Assembly: GCA_035221665.1 (NCBI GenBank) | Contig: CM069133.1 | Span: 44,702,001 to 44,766,000, forward strand | Direction of reading: 5' to 3' | Origin: Okamejei kenojei | Lineage: Eukaryota | DNA length: 64,000 nt | Shown here: positions 1 through 12,249 of the stretch, in pieces | Position numbering within the stretch: position 1 is the first letter of the stretch | How the letters are laid out: every line of letters starts with the position of its first letter | Notes under the pieces: model-generated | The model's database searches: none | Told to the model about the DNA's origin: nothing | What the model saw: the letters and a program-made list of their open reading frames with translations, nothing else | Position numbers and translations under genes: made by a program

Positions 1-244
1 CCACATATCTTAACACCATCACCCTCATTCTACTGCCCACTGGTTCCTATTAGATTTAATTCCCCCAATATCAGTGCTTGAATTTTGCATACCTACCTCA
101 ATGTGGTATTTGATTAAAGATTTTCTGAACATGCAAATACACTGCACCCACTCATATTTTCCTACCAATTACATTCTTAGAAAAAAACTCCCAGCAGGAT
201 TGTCAAACCTTGGATAAATAAAAATGTGTACATATCTGATAGCC

Positions 245-710
245 CCAGTACAGGAAGCATGTGGAAGCTCTTTGGAGAGGGTGCAGAAAAGGTTTACCAG
301 GATTAGAAAGTATGAGCTATGAGGAGAGATTGGACATACTTGGATTGTTTTCTCTGGAGAGTCGCAGATTGTGGGAAAATCTAATAGAAGTATAAAAAAC
401 CATGAGAGGCAGAGATTAGGTCAACAGTCAAAACCTTTTCCCTAGGTAGAAATGACAAAGACTAGAGTGTATAGTTTTAATACGAGGGGCAGGTTATTTT
501 CTACATAGAGTGATGGGGCCTGGAATGCACTGCCAGAAATCAGATACAATAGGGCATCGAAGAGGCAATTCGATAGACACATGGATATGCAGGGAAGGGG
601 GAAATGTGGATCACGTGCAGACCGAAGAGGTTAGTTTACCTCGCCATCAAATTTGGTTGGGACATGATGGGCTGAAGGGCCTGTTCCTGTGCTGTACTGT
701 TCCTATCTTC
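245..710 (+). mobile_element. Old CR1 LINE 3' fragment (paralog at ~54530-55000)
   Basis: Degenerate match to the CR1 ORF2 end (ttggagagggtgcagaaaaggtttaccagg ... gggctgaagggcctgttcctgtgctgta). Confidence 0.7.
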
Positions 711-1096
711 AGTATAATATGAATTGATTTTATCTAATCCCTTAAAACTTTCAAAGCGTGCTGTTATCACATGTATAGATTCTAGCAAAATACATGCTAA
801 TTGTGTGAGGCTAACTGGTGTGTAGTTTGTTTATTTCCCTCAAACACCATTTGTTGCATTTGACACTTGCAAACCTTCAGGAAACTTTGCAGAAAATGTG
901 AAATTTGGGGCCATTGCATCCAGTGCATTTTGCGGAGATGGGAAAGTGGCTGTGGAAAGGGAGACATGAGTGTGGAGGGGATGAGCGCACCTGGGTGCAG
1001 GGGCAAAGTGGTCTCTTGTCAAGGCAGAAATAGGAGGCGACATAGAGATAAGACCTGAGGTGGGCATTGTGTTGAAGTTGGTAGAAATATCATAGA

Positions 1097-2036
1097 TTAT
1101 TACCTATATGAGGTAGTTTTACCGGGCAATATTAGTTGGTATTTTGACAGGTCCAAAAACGCGCAGTTTCCAGCGGGCAATATTACTTGGTATTTTTCTT
1201 CTTCCGGGTTCCGCCATTGACTTAACGTTGAAAAACTGCGGTCAATAACAAACATGAAATATCACATCCGGCGTACATCCGGGACACGAACCCGGCCAAA
1301 GTTCACCGCGAAGAATCAGCTCACGGCATCTAAACAAACATGGCAGCCTCCAGCAGTGCGAGATTCGCGTCTCTTGACGACGACGGAATTATTTTAATTT
1401 ACGTGCGGATAGGTAATAATTATAATATTGACTGGCTTCTTTCGGGAGACACCAGGAATATTGCCCGCACTGAAATCATATTGCCCTCGTCTTCGACTCG
1501 GGCAATATGATTTCAGTTTGGGCAATATTCCTGGTGTCTCCCTCAAGGCCAGTCAATATTATATTATTATTACCTATACAAGGTAGTTTTACTGGGCAAT
1601 ATTAGTTGGTATTTTGATTGGTCAAAAAACGCGCAGTTTCCAGCGGGCAATATTACTTGGTATTTTTCTTCTTCCGGGTTTCGCCATTGACTTTACGTAG
1701 AAAAACTGCGGTCAATCACAAAGATGAAATATTACATCCGGCGTACATCCGGGACACGAACCCGGCCAAAGTTAACCGCGAAGAATCAGGTCACGGCATC
1801 TAAACAAACATGGCAGCCTCCAGCAGTGCGAGATTCGCGTCTCTTGACGACGACGGAATTATTTAAATTTACGTGGGGATAGGTAATAATTATAATATTG
1901 ACTGGCTTCTTTCGGGAGACACCAGGAATATTGCCCGCACTGAAATCATATTGCCCTCGTCTTCGACTCGGGCAATATGATTTCAGTTTGGGCAATATTC
2001 CTGGTGTCTCCCTCAAGGCCAGTCAATATTATATAA
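1097..2036 (+). mobile_element. Head-to-tail tandem dimer (2 x 470 bp) of a Crypton-like non-autonomous element with a long terminal hairpin
   Basis: Units 1097-1566 and 1567-2036 are near-identical. Each ends in a ~160-bp imperfect palindrome and contains a short MAASSSARFASLDDD reading (ATG 1340) resembling Crypton tyrosine-recombinase N-termini. No TIRs and no obvious TSD beyond TTA-like ends. Confidence 0.6.
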
Positions 2037-2301
2037 ATGTTCACGTGGATGTGGAGGCTGGTGGGGTAAAAGATAAGGGCCAGTGGAACTCTAAACCTGT
2101 TCTGCCTGGGGGAAGAGAGGGGGGGAGAGCTGTACGAATGGAGGAGACCCAGGTGAGGGCATCATCCACAACTGTAGGGTGTTGTGGAGTGTGGTGAGCA
2201 ACTGCGTTTCCTCTAAAAGGAGGACATCCCAGATCTCCTAAAGTGGAAATCACCCATCTTGAAATCATCTCAAGAAGAGGTTTTCCACTCCCGGAGATCA
2301 C

Positions 2302-3030
2302 AATCAATCAATCACAATAATACTTTATTAGCCAAATATGTTTTGCAACATACGAGGAATTTCATTTATCAAGTCAATCATACAAATAAAAAGCAACGGA
2401 ACACACAAAATATATTTTAACATAAACATCCACCACAGTGACTCCTCCACATACGTCACTGTGATGGAAGGTGAAAAAAGGGTCAATCTCTTCCCGTATT
2501 TGCTCTTTCGCGGACGGGGGCCTCGAGCCTCCATTGACGGGATGATCTTGACTCCTGTAGCTGGTGGCATTTGGGGCTTCATCAGCTCTTGCGTCGGAGG
2601 GGTGTTAGATCAGACCCCTGGGTCGGGGCTGGTCGAACCTCTGCGTCGTTGGAGCTCCCAACCCGGCCTCTCCCGAGACTGCGAGCTCGATGGTAAAGTC
2701 TGATGGTCACGATTGGAACAATCCCAGGCAAGGGATCAGCTTCGATGTTAAGTCCAAGCCCCGCAGTGGGGCTCCAAAGTCAGTCCGAGAGGGTCTCCAG
2801 CTCCATTGATGTTAGGCCGCAGAGCGACTGGAGATATGACTCGGAAAACATCGCATCTCCGGCGAGGTAAGAGACTGGAAAAAAAAGTTTCCCCCGACCC
2901 CCTCCCCCTCCCCCTCCCCACACATAAAACAAACTGGAGAACATTTACACAAACTTTTAAAACATACAACAAATTTTTAAAAGGACGGAAAAACAGACAA
3001 GATTGTTGGTGAGGCTGCCAATCGTGCATG
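2302..3030 (-). mobile_element. Non-autonomous LINE-dependent retroelement with a Rex1-type 3' end
   Basis: Minus-strand 3' end gaaattcctcgtatgttgcaaaacatatttggctaataaa plus (tgat)n tail resembles the 3' end of the Rex1 LINE at ~37030-37090. GC-rich non-coding body. Confidence 0.7.
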
Positions 3031-4059
3031 GCCCCTGGTGGAACAGGCAGAATGGGTTTGGGGAATTGTCAGGTTGGTGGTTTTCGTGGAAAGTGATGAG
3101 ATGCGTTATGGGAAGGGAGACAGAGGTCTGCTGGCTGTTTGTAGGTCACTATATGATGAGGTGTTCAAAGAGCTGTCCAGTGGACACAACAAGGATGAAT
3201 GGAATAGATCCACCAGATGGTATGTCCAGAACGTGGGTGGATCTGATCTACGGTAGAAATGTGTGAACAAGTGCTGATGGAACTGTGAACATTTCACAAT
3301 TACCACCATGCTGCTCAATAAAACTTTGTTTCTTCACCTTTTCCCATTCCCACCCCAGCTTCTGCAGACTATTACAGGACGATATTATAGAATGCGATTC
3401 ACCAAGAGAATCAGATGAAAAGGCAGCCGTTTCGTATATCAGGACAGGAAAATAAAATGACTCCTTGACAAATAACAAGAGCAACACAGTAGACTGTAAA
3501 TCAAATGGCAGTAAAGACGAGGAAGGGGAGAAGACCAGGGTGGGGACATTAAAAAAGGGAGCGCTGTGAACAGAGGTTCAAGGTTCAGCCACTGATTCTG
3601 ATGTTTCTCTCTGTAATGGAGAAATTCAGGAAAGAGCTTAGATTGGAGTGGAGAAGTTGTACAAATATCAAGCCGCAAACAGAAATTGTTGAATAATTCA
3701 TAGACGGATCAAACAGAGCACAGGAAGAGGCACTCGGCCCATTACGTCCATTCTGACCATCCAATGCCCTCCAGTACTCATCCTACTTACCTGCACTTAG
3801 TCCACGAAGGGGAAGGGGAGGCGGTGGGTGGATTCACTAGCATTCTAGAAACTTCCACGGACACTCATCTTCCATCACACCACACGGTCAGGCCAGCAGG
3901 CTATGTTTACTCCAGATTTCTCCCTATCTCACTGGATCCCTCCTTATCCCTCTGGATCTCTTCCTCTCCCTCAGGATCTCTTACTCAAGACCTAACCATC
4001 TTCCTCAGGTTGCTTTTCCTCCATCATGAGCACTCGTTCTCCCTCAGGATCTCTCCCCT

Positions 4060-4430
4060 CCCTCTAGGCCTCCACCAACCACCCACAGCTGGAGCAGCAA
4101 CCATGGTGCGCCGTCTCTCCTTCCCCTCCAACCACCCACACTCCGTTCACAAACCCTCCCCCTCTCACAAACGTACCCATCCAGTCTTCTCTACTCACAA
4201 ACCCATCCCGTCCCCTCCCTTCACAAACTCACCCATCCCCTCCCCTCACAAACACATCCCAACTCCGCCACTCTCCTCACAAACCCTCCCATCTCGTCCC
4301 ATCCTCTCACAAAGCCATCAATGCTGTCCCCTCACAAACTCACACATCCCCTCCCCTCCCAAATCCCTCCCCCCATCGCCTTCCCCCAGCAACCCTCCCA
4401 GCTCGTCCTGTACCCTCACAAATCCACTCT
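4060..4430. repeat. Low-complexity C-rich degenerate minisatellite (ccctcacaaac motif)
   Basis: Recurrent ctcacaaac/cccctccc units; motif resumes at ~4860-4910 after a CR1 insertion. Confidence 0.7.
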
Positions 4431-4435
4431 GATAA

Positions 4436-4852
4436 CATCATAGAGCGATACAGCGTGGAAACAGGCCCTTCGGCCCAACTTGCCCACACACCAGCCAACA
4501 TGTCCCAGCTACACTAGTTCCACCTGCCTGCGTTTGGACCATATGCCCCCAAACCTGTCCTATCCATGTGCCTGCTAACTGTTTCTTAAACGTTAGGACA
4601 GTCCCTGCCTCAACTATCTCCTCTGGCAGATCGTTCCACACTTTGTGTGAAAAAGTTACCCCTCAGATTCCTATTAAATCTTTTCCCCGTAACCTTAAAC
4701 CCATGTCCTCTGGTCCTCGACTCCCCCACTCTAGGTAAGACACTCTGTGTGTCTACCCGATCTACACCTCTCATGATTTTGTACACCTCTATAAGATCAT
4801 TCCTCATCCTCCTGCGCTCCAAGGAATATACTTAATCTCTCCCTATAGCTCA
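4436..4852 (-). mobile_element. CR1 LINE 3' fragment
   Basis: Minus ORFs RRMRNDLIEVYKIMRGVDRVD...RGNFFTQ and WNDLPEEIVEAGT are the CR1 ORF2 C-terminus. Confidence 0.9.
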
Positions 4853-7248
4853 CGGGAGCTCTCTTCCCTCACAAACCCTCACGTCCCTTCCCCTCACAAA
4901 CCCACCAAACCCGTACCATCTCATCATACCACCTGTACCGTGTCATCATAATACCACCCATCTCCTCTCCATAATCCTCACCCTCCCCGGGGCAGGGGAG
5001 TTTCTGGGCGCGAAGATGCTGGCGCCATTTTGTACCCATGACCGTTGGCGATACGAGGACATGGCGGGGAGCAACGGGCCAAGTGGTGGCGGGGAGCGAC
5101 CACCCCGGACCGCGGGGAAGCAGGTGGTGAAGACAATCGGCTTCGGCGGGAAGGAGGGAGGACGGGAGACGGCTCCCTTTCAGGCCCGGGGACCCCGGGG
5201 TCGGGTCCCGGCCTCCTGCGCTGTCGGTGTGGAGCTTGCAACCTTCTTCTGGCCAGCGATCTCCACTTCCCTCCGACACACGTGAGTCGATGGCTCACTG
5301 TTATCCTACCATCAACCTCCTTAGAGACTCTTGAACTACCTTTAATTGGACTTTACTGGAATTTACCTTGCACTAAAGGTTATAGGGGGGTTGCATGTAA
5401 GATCATCGGGTCAAAGGGCGTGAGGCACGGAGCAGCTCAATCCGTCTGGTGGACATGGCAGCTTCCAGCATACACTGTTAACACACGAAACATGTACTTT
5501 CTTACCTGTTTAAAAACGCCGAAATGGTCCATTTTTGTGCTGTAAATAATTGTGGAGGGTGACTGAGCACTTCGAACCAAATGATCTAGTATCTTTGCTC
5601 TAAACCCGAGCACCAAGGTGTAAGCGGCTGAAGGAGCATCGTCGCCACAACCTCCCTCCGCCCACGATCCCCCCGTGCGGTCACACTGTCACGGGCTGTG
5701 TGTCGGCAGCGCCCACGCATGGGGCCGGTGGGGCGGGACCACGGCTCCAGGCAGCAGACACAAAAACCTGGCAAAGTCCAGTCAGCAGCAGCAGAGTTGG
5801 GGTCAGTCTGGCCCCTCCACCCACCCAGAGTCACTGACCACGCTGCATCGGCACCCCGTCCCCTTCCCCAGACCATACCCACACCCTCTACACCATGACC
5901 ACCCCCCTGCCCGACCAACCCCAACTACCCACCCCCCTCCACCGGCAACATCCAAGGCAGCTGCAGCTGATTTGGGGACAGTCTGGTCCCTCCTCCACTC
6001 AGTCACTGTGCGCACTGCATCGGCAATCCCCCCCCCCCCCCCCCCCCCCCACTGACCTCCTCCCCACCCCTGGCTGGGGGGATAGATGGCCCGGGTTCAG
6101 TAAGTGTAGAACTAGTCAGCATGGAGTCCAGTTTATGGGGCAGAAGACAGGCCAACAACCCTGGAATCCATGGTACGTGCTTACCTGCAGATCACTGTGT
6201 GTACTCCAGTTGGCGTTGCATGGCAATAATACGGGTCATGGGTCGTGCAACCTCCCTATTCCCTTTATCCTGCATTTGTACACTGTGGATGGCTTGAGTG
6301 TGATCATGATCGTGTATAGTCTATTTTTCTGACTGCTTTTTTGCTTAACATATGATAGGTTTACAAGAATGATCCCAGGAATTAGTAGGTTAACGTATGA
6401 TGAGCACTTGACGCACTGGTCCTGTACTCGCTGGAGTTTAGATGAGGGGGGACCATCATTGAAACGAACAGAATAATGAAAGGCTTGGACAGAATGGATG
6501 TGGGGAGAATGTTTCCAATAGTGAGTGAATCCAGCTTATCGGAGTTGGACTTCCTCGGGCTGCTAGCTGCTGAAGAATAATCGATCGGACTTCCATTCCC
6601 AATTTATTTATTTATTTAATCGCGAGACAATTTAATAATCACATTAAAATAAAAAGCGACTTCTAACGCCCTCAATGCCTACAACGTGATGGATCGCATG
6701 AACGGGACAAAGCAAAATGTAAGTCGTCCATTTTACATATAAACTTGTTTCTTGGGATGGCTTTAATCAAATTTTATGATGTGAAAATGTGACTGGGGCC
6801 CCATATGAACCGGCAGTGTTTTTCCTGTCGCTATGGGGTTCAAATTCATCACAAATGCAACGATCGCGTTCCAGAAAAACTCACTAGCAAGATGATTTAA
6901 ATGGTCTTTATTTTGGACAATCATGTCATAAGTGCATCTAAATCGTCTATATTTTGTGTTATTGTCTACCCGTAGTCAATATTTTTATACTAAATATCAG
7001 TTTTAGTCCCATGTATTGTGCAAAAAAATAATAATTTTAATTATATTGAGTGGATGTTTCTAGATTAATTTATGGGAATTAAACATTGAATTCCTTCTAT
7101 CTGGCATATATATTCATGACAGTGAGATTTAAAAATCATGTTATATTGTGAATTCTTGTGTGAATGGGATTATTTTTTTATTTGGATACTAAGGCTATTT
7201 TTTTAAAATATCCTTTTCTTAAGAAATTGAATCAATAGGACATTCTTA

Positions 7249-7464
7249 ATGGGGAAAGTAGTGGGCAGAAAGGCATGTCATGTGTGGTTTGAAGAGCAAA
7301 AACTTGTAGTTTACAATGCCAAAATTAATAAGTTGAGTAAAAACAAGGTGTACAGAGTTGTTTGTTGGTTACAATCTGAGGAGTATGATGATGCTAATGA
7401 TTATGATATGCCAATGTTCCAGCTAGCAACTGATCTTCTCCTTAAAGACTTGGTCTATTGCTAA
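7249..7464 (+). pseudogene. Coding remnant of a Spin/Ssty (spindlin-like Tudor) domain, probably the C-terminus of a transposon protein
   Basis: VVGRKACHVW...MFQLATDLLLKDL resembles spindlin Tudor repeats (IGKAVEHMF...MYQLLDDYKEGDL, from memory). Protein-like composition; possible AG acceptor at 7237-7238. Confidence 0.4.
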
Positions 7465-7649
7465 AAATTATGCTATCTGTGACGGATTTACAGCATATAA
7501 TACAATAATATTAAAGTTCTGATCTTGAGAATATCACATTTTTGAATTTTCAAGGCAGTCTGGGTGTTTATTACTATTTCCGTCACAATGGTCAATTTTG
7601 TAATTAACTACAATTAGGAAATTAACTAATTATATGCTTTGAGTTATTA

Positions 7650-8372
7650 TGTAGTGTATGTGTGTGAGAGGGGTGGGAGAAACATTCTTAGTCTCTTCCT
7701 TTTGGGGGGATGCGACTTTTCTTGTCGTATCCCCTGTCTCCGTCTCCGTCTGCTCTGAGGCCTATCGCGCAGCTGCCGGCCTCCAACTTTAACTGCGACC
7801 GACCCGAGGCTCCGGAGGTAGAGCCAGCCAGGACTTACCGGCCGACTTTGGGGCTGCGGCGGGTTCAGGCGTTCCGCGGCCCGACTCGGAGCTGTGGCGG
7901 CTCTCCGGTGGCGGTGGCGGCGGCAGCGACTTCGGAAGCCCGGCCGCGGGCCCAGTGGACGACATCGTCGGGAGCTCGCAGGTCACAGGTTGGTGACCTG
8001 TTTTTCCGGAGCTCCCGTGGCAACAGCCGCTGGACTGGAGGGCGGCAGCTTCGGCAGCTTCGACCGCCCCGGGCCGCGGAGTTGAACCGGCCCGCTCGTG
8101 GTGCGCGGTTCACCCGCGGGAATTATTTACATCATCCGGTGCGGTCACAAGATCGGAGGCCCGGGTCGCCTCAGCGCAGAGGAAGAGGAAGAGGAAGAAG
8201 GGAAGAGACAAAGACAAGATTTTTGCCTTCCACCACAGTGAGGAGGTGTCTGGTGAACTCACTGTGGTGGATGTTAAATATGTGTTTATTGTGTGTTTTT
8301 GTTATTTACTATATGTATGACTGCAGGCAACAAAATTTCGTTCTGACCGCAAGGTCTGAATGATAATAAAGT
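7650..8372 (+). mobile_element. Non-autonomous LINE-dependent retroelement (same family as 2302-3030)
   Basis: CpG-rich body, stem tccaccacagtgag/ctcactgtggtgga (8229-8271), U-rich tract, then aataaa. Confidence 0.65.
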
Positions 8373-8916
8373 TTTCCAAGTTGAATTTCAGGTCATCCAA
8401 GTAAGATGTTTTATATTTGTTTCAGAATGCTTCAATCTATAATAACTGAAAATTTCATTCAGTTCTCTTGATTTTTAAGAAAGATGGACTTTTGGCTGTC
8501 CTCAATCACAGCTTTTGTATTAAGTCAATGGAAAAGCAATAGAGAACAAGATGCTAATTTCCGAGTATGAAAATTGCCATGACTTTTTTAATACTGAAGA
8601 TATGAAAGTGAATTAGGTGTCAAATTAAACTTCTTTTTATGCTTTATCGGATGGGATAAATTGCAGACTTGATTTTTAAAATCTAATAATGTTGTAACAT
8701 TGCTACTAAAGGACGTTCCTTTAGGAAGGAGATGAGGAGGAATTTTTTTAGACAGAGGGTGGTGAATCTGTAGACATCTTTACCACAGAAGGCTGCGGAG
8801 GCATCAATGGATATTTTTTAAGGCTGAGATAGATTCTTGATTAGTACAGGTGTCAGTAGGTTATGGGGAGAAGGCATGAGAATGGGGTGAGCAGGGAGAG
8901 ATAGATCTGACCACCA

Positions 8917-9660
8917 GGGAGATGGCAGCCCTGCCGGCGGTCTTTTCACTTTTTCATCTTTTTGTTCTTTTGGTGTTTGTTAAAAATTTGATTTAATGTC
9001 CGTCTGTTTGTTTTATGTGGGGGGAGGTGGGGGGGTCGGGGGAAACTTTTTTTTCAGGTTCTTACCTTCCCGGAGGTGTGGTCATTTCTCGGATCACATT
9101 CTCCGGGCTCTGCAACCTACCTTCGATGGAGCTGGTAGCTGCCTCGGACTGTCGTGAGCCCCACCGCGGGGCTCGGACTTAACATCGGAGCAGATCCCTG
9201 GCTTTGGATCGCTCCCACCAGCGGCCTTCAGACTTACCATCAAGGGCTCACAGACTCGGGAGAGGCTAGTCGGGAGCTCCAACGCTGCAGAAGGTCCATC
9301 CGCCCCGACGCGAGGTTAGATCGCCCGGCGCGGGGAGCTGACAACCCCCCGATGCGGGAGCTGAATGCCTCGACGCGGAGGGCCCGAATGCCACCTGCTA
9401 CGGGAGTCAAGATCATCCCGTCAACGGGGGGCTCGAGTCCCACCACCGAGGAAGAACACAAGCGAAGGACACAAGGGAAGAACACAAGGGAAGGCCTTCC
9501 ATCACAGTGAGGAATGTGTAGGAGTCACTGTGGTGGATGTTCATGTTATAATGTGTTTCTGAGTCTGTTGCTTTTTAATTGTATGACTGACCTGGCAAGT
9601 GAAATTCCTCGTATGTTACAAAACATACTTGGCGAATAAAATCTGATTCTGATTCTGATG
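8917..9660 (+). mobile_element. Non-autonomous LINE-dependent retroelement (Rex1-type 3' end)
   Basis: 5' tggcagcc...ggggaaacttttt...cttacc block; 3' gaaattcctcgtatgttacaaaacatacttggcgaataaa plus (tctgat)n. Inserted in a CR1 tail. Confidence 0.7.
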
Positions 9661-9733
9661 ATTAAATGGGGGAGTAGACTTGATGGGCCAAATGGCCTAA
9701 TTCAGCACTTTTCCCTTAGGACTTTATGACCTT

Positions 9734-10175
9734 ACCAGACTAACTGGGACCCGTTGGGTCCCATTATCACATGGGAGGGCTGGTCCCCCAACGCAATATT
9801 CCACCTCTCCACCAATTCCAATATTCCACCACTCACACATAGTCCCCAACTGCGCAGGCGTGGCTGACCCCCTCCTCCTCTTACCCCCTCACTCCCTCAC
9901 CCCCCCCACTCTGCTCCTTGCCCTTCAGCCCCCCCCCCCCCACACACTCATTCCATCCCCCCCTCAACACACCCCCCCCCCCCCCATCTACTCTTAGCGG
10001 CTCACCAGCGGAGCAGCCATTCCCTCACATTGGGTTCCCATTGTGGCGTAGAACATGCATGTATTACTGTGCAGGTGCAGTTGACAGGCACGGCAAGTGG
10101 AAAAGGGATATATTAAAGCTTAAAATGTGAATAACTTAAAATATCACAACAATTTAAATGTTAGAGAGGAGATTT
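9734..10175 (-). mobile_element. Possible non-autonomous Helitron-like element
   Basis: Minus-strand end has hairpin tgggaccc-aac-gggtccca followed closely by gtctggt (CTRR-like terminus). Confidence 0.4.
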
Positions 10176-10671
10176 ATTCAATCCATTCTTTCTTGTTGCA
10201 TCTCTTGTTGCGTTCTGCAGCCGGTGGAGGGTGTTGGCATCAGGGAGGGTTATCGGGGGCCGGACGGGGGTGCATCCTTCAGCCTGGGGAGGGGCATGGC
10301 TTCAGGCGGGCTGTTGGTGGCCGGTGGGGGAGGGGGGAGCGTCCTGCAGCCGGGGGTGGGGGGATTAGGAGGTGGTGTGGGGGGCAGTGGGTGGTGTGAG
10401 GGGGCAGGGGGTGGTGTGGTGGGGGGGGGGGGGGGGGTTTGTGGGTGGTGTGGGGGGCTGCATTCATCGGCACATGGGTCGACGTGGTGGTCACCGCCCC
10501 CGCTTGCAGAACACAGTCCCCGCTCACAGAGCACAGCCCTTGCTCACAGAACACAGACCCCGCTAAGGGAATGTTTGCAAGTGAAAGGTTATTGATAAGG
10601 GAATGTCTGCAAGCGATTGGATATGGAAATGTACCGGGGGTGGAACATACAGAATTAAACATGCCATAAAA

Positions 10672-10802
10672 AGAAGTCTGAAGAAAGGTCTCGACCCGAA
10701 ACGTCGCCTAGCTCCTTTGCTCCTTAGATGCTGCTGCACCCGCTGAGTTTCTCCAGCCTTTTGTGTACCCTCGATTCTCCAGCATCTGCAGTTCCTTCTT
10801 TA
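10672..10802 (+). mobile_element. Penelope-like element terminal (pLTR) fragment containing a minimal hammerhead ribozyme motif
   Basis: ctgaaga-a-aggtc-tc-gaccc-gaaac-gtc at 10678-10705; matches the terminus of the PLE at 20340-20440. Confidence 0.75.
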
Positions 10803-11114
10803 ACTCTTTGTGTGGGGTGGGCAGTCAAGCGAGTTACTCTTTGAGTGTCCCAGCCTTGATTTGCAAATAAAGGTTCGAACGCATCACCTGACTTAATTTT
10901 GAGTATCGTTAACCACGACAACCTTAACTCAGAAGAAGAAAGTGCAGTCTTCAGACGAACGGTTTTGACCCGAAACAACAGCTATCCATGTTCTCCAGAG
11001 AAGCTGCCTGACCCATTACTCCAGCATTTTGTGACCCATGTTGACTGATCCTGTTCCGTGCACATTCCCATCAACTCTTCCCCAGATTCATCGCCTCATG
11101 GACAATTCAAAAGA

Positions 11115-11765
11115 ATTAAGATAGTTTTATTGTCATATGTACCAAAAAGGAACAATTAAAATCTTATTTGCAGCATAGCAGGTTTGTAAACATTGCACTC
11201 AACAGTAAATATAACGAACAAAAAACATTCAATTAAAAAAGTAGACAAAATAGAATAGCAAGAGCGAAACAAAACTCAAATGCTCTGGAGCAACGCAGAG
11301 TTTTGAGTTTAGTCGGCATTCCTAATGTTTAATAGCCTAATGGTTGTTGGGGAGAAGCTGTTCCTGAAACTGGACATTAGTTTTCAGGTTCCTGTACCTT
11401 GGTCCTGATGGCAAGATTGAAAGGAGAGCATGGCCAGGCTGGTGTGGGTCCTTGACGTTGTTCGTTGCCTTTTTGAAACTGTGCTTCTTATAGATCCCTT
11501 TGAAGGTGGGGAGGCCAGTACCTTTGATGGACCGGGCAGTAGTCACCACTTTATGTAATGTCCTTTGTTTCCGAGTGTGCGAGTTGCTGAACCAGGCCAT
11601 GATGAAAACAATCAATGTGCTCTCTACCATACACCTGTATTCATTGACATACCAAGTCTCCTCAATCTTCTAAGGAAGTAGAGATGTTGATGGGCATTCT
11701 TTATGATTGCATTAATTAGCTGGGTCAAGGACAAAGCTCTGCACACCCAGGAACCCAGGACATCT
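11115..11765 (-). mobile_element. Rex1/Babar LINE 3' fragment
   Basis: Minus ORF VESTLIVFIMAWFSN...KDPHQPGHALLSILPSGPRYR is the typical Rex1 ORF2 C-terminus. Confidence 0.8.
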
Positions 11766-12249
11766 GTTGGATTTTTTGATGAAGATGGGTTTATGGATCT
11801 TCAGATTTCCCAGGATCCACAAACTCACCCAACAACCTGTGTATCTTTGGGTGCAGTTTGCCCTGGTTTCTTCCCATATCCCAGGGTATCACAGATTAAG
11901 ATTGAACTCTCGTCTCTGGAGCTGTTCAGAAGTTTTTCTACTCATGCAACAGTAATTTGTCCCTCAAATAGGTGAGTGGTAAAAACGTGGGTGTGGAGGT
12001 GAGGTGATGTAGTTGATGCAGATGTGGGCAGATTAAAATGAATCCTACTGTTTATTGTCTCCATTTTATTGCTCCACTGTGAAATCTATTCAAAATATCC
12101 CACAGGGAGTTCTGTGAATTCTTGCACCTTTTCGCTCAGTCATCCACAGACAGGAGACAACTGAAGACAGTTGACTGGACTTTCCGCTATTATGTGAGCA
12201 GCTACACCTTCTATGGGACTTCTGGGACTTGGTTCCAATTTACAGTTTG

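Larger units (their letters stand above)
1..3610 (+). repeat. Segmental duplication copy A (direct paralog of 54303-57450)
   Basis: Colinear match from ccacatatcttaacaccatcaccctcattc (1 vs 54303) to gttcagccactgatt...tgtttctctc (~3610 vs ~57450). Unique sequence and the same nested repeats are shared, with scattered substitutions and indels. Confidence 0.95.
6535..8703. mobile_element. AT-rich DNA-transposon-like remnant interrupting a CR1 3' fragment (~6350-6534 / 8704-8908)
   Basis: CR1 sequence stops at ~6534 and resumes at ~8704. The insert is AT-rich, carries a coding remnant at 7249-7464 and a nested retroelement. TIRs not clearly resolved. Confidence 0.45.

Noticed and set aside
2430-2470. 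cacagtg heptamers (also ~8233, ~9503) as RSS
   Set aside because: No nonamer at 12/23 spacing; they are arms of the retroelement stem-loop.
3764-4432. 222-aa Pro/Ser/His-rich ORF
   Set aside because: Stop-poor C-rich low-complexity repeat with no domain features.
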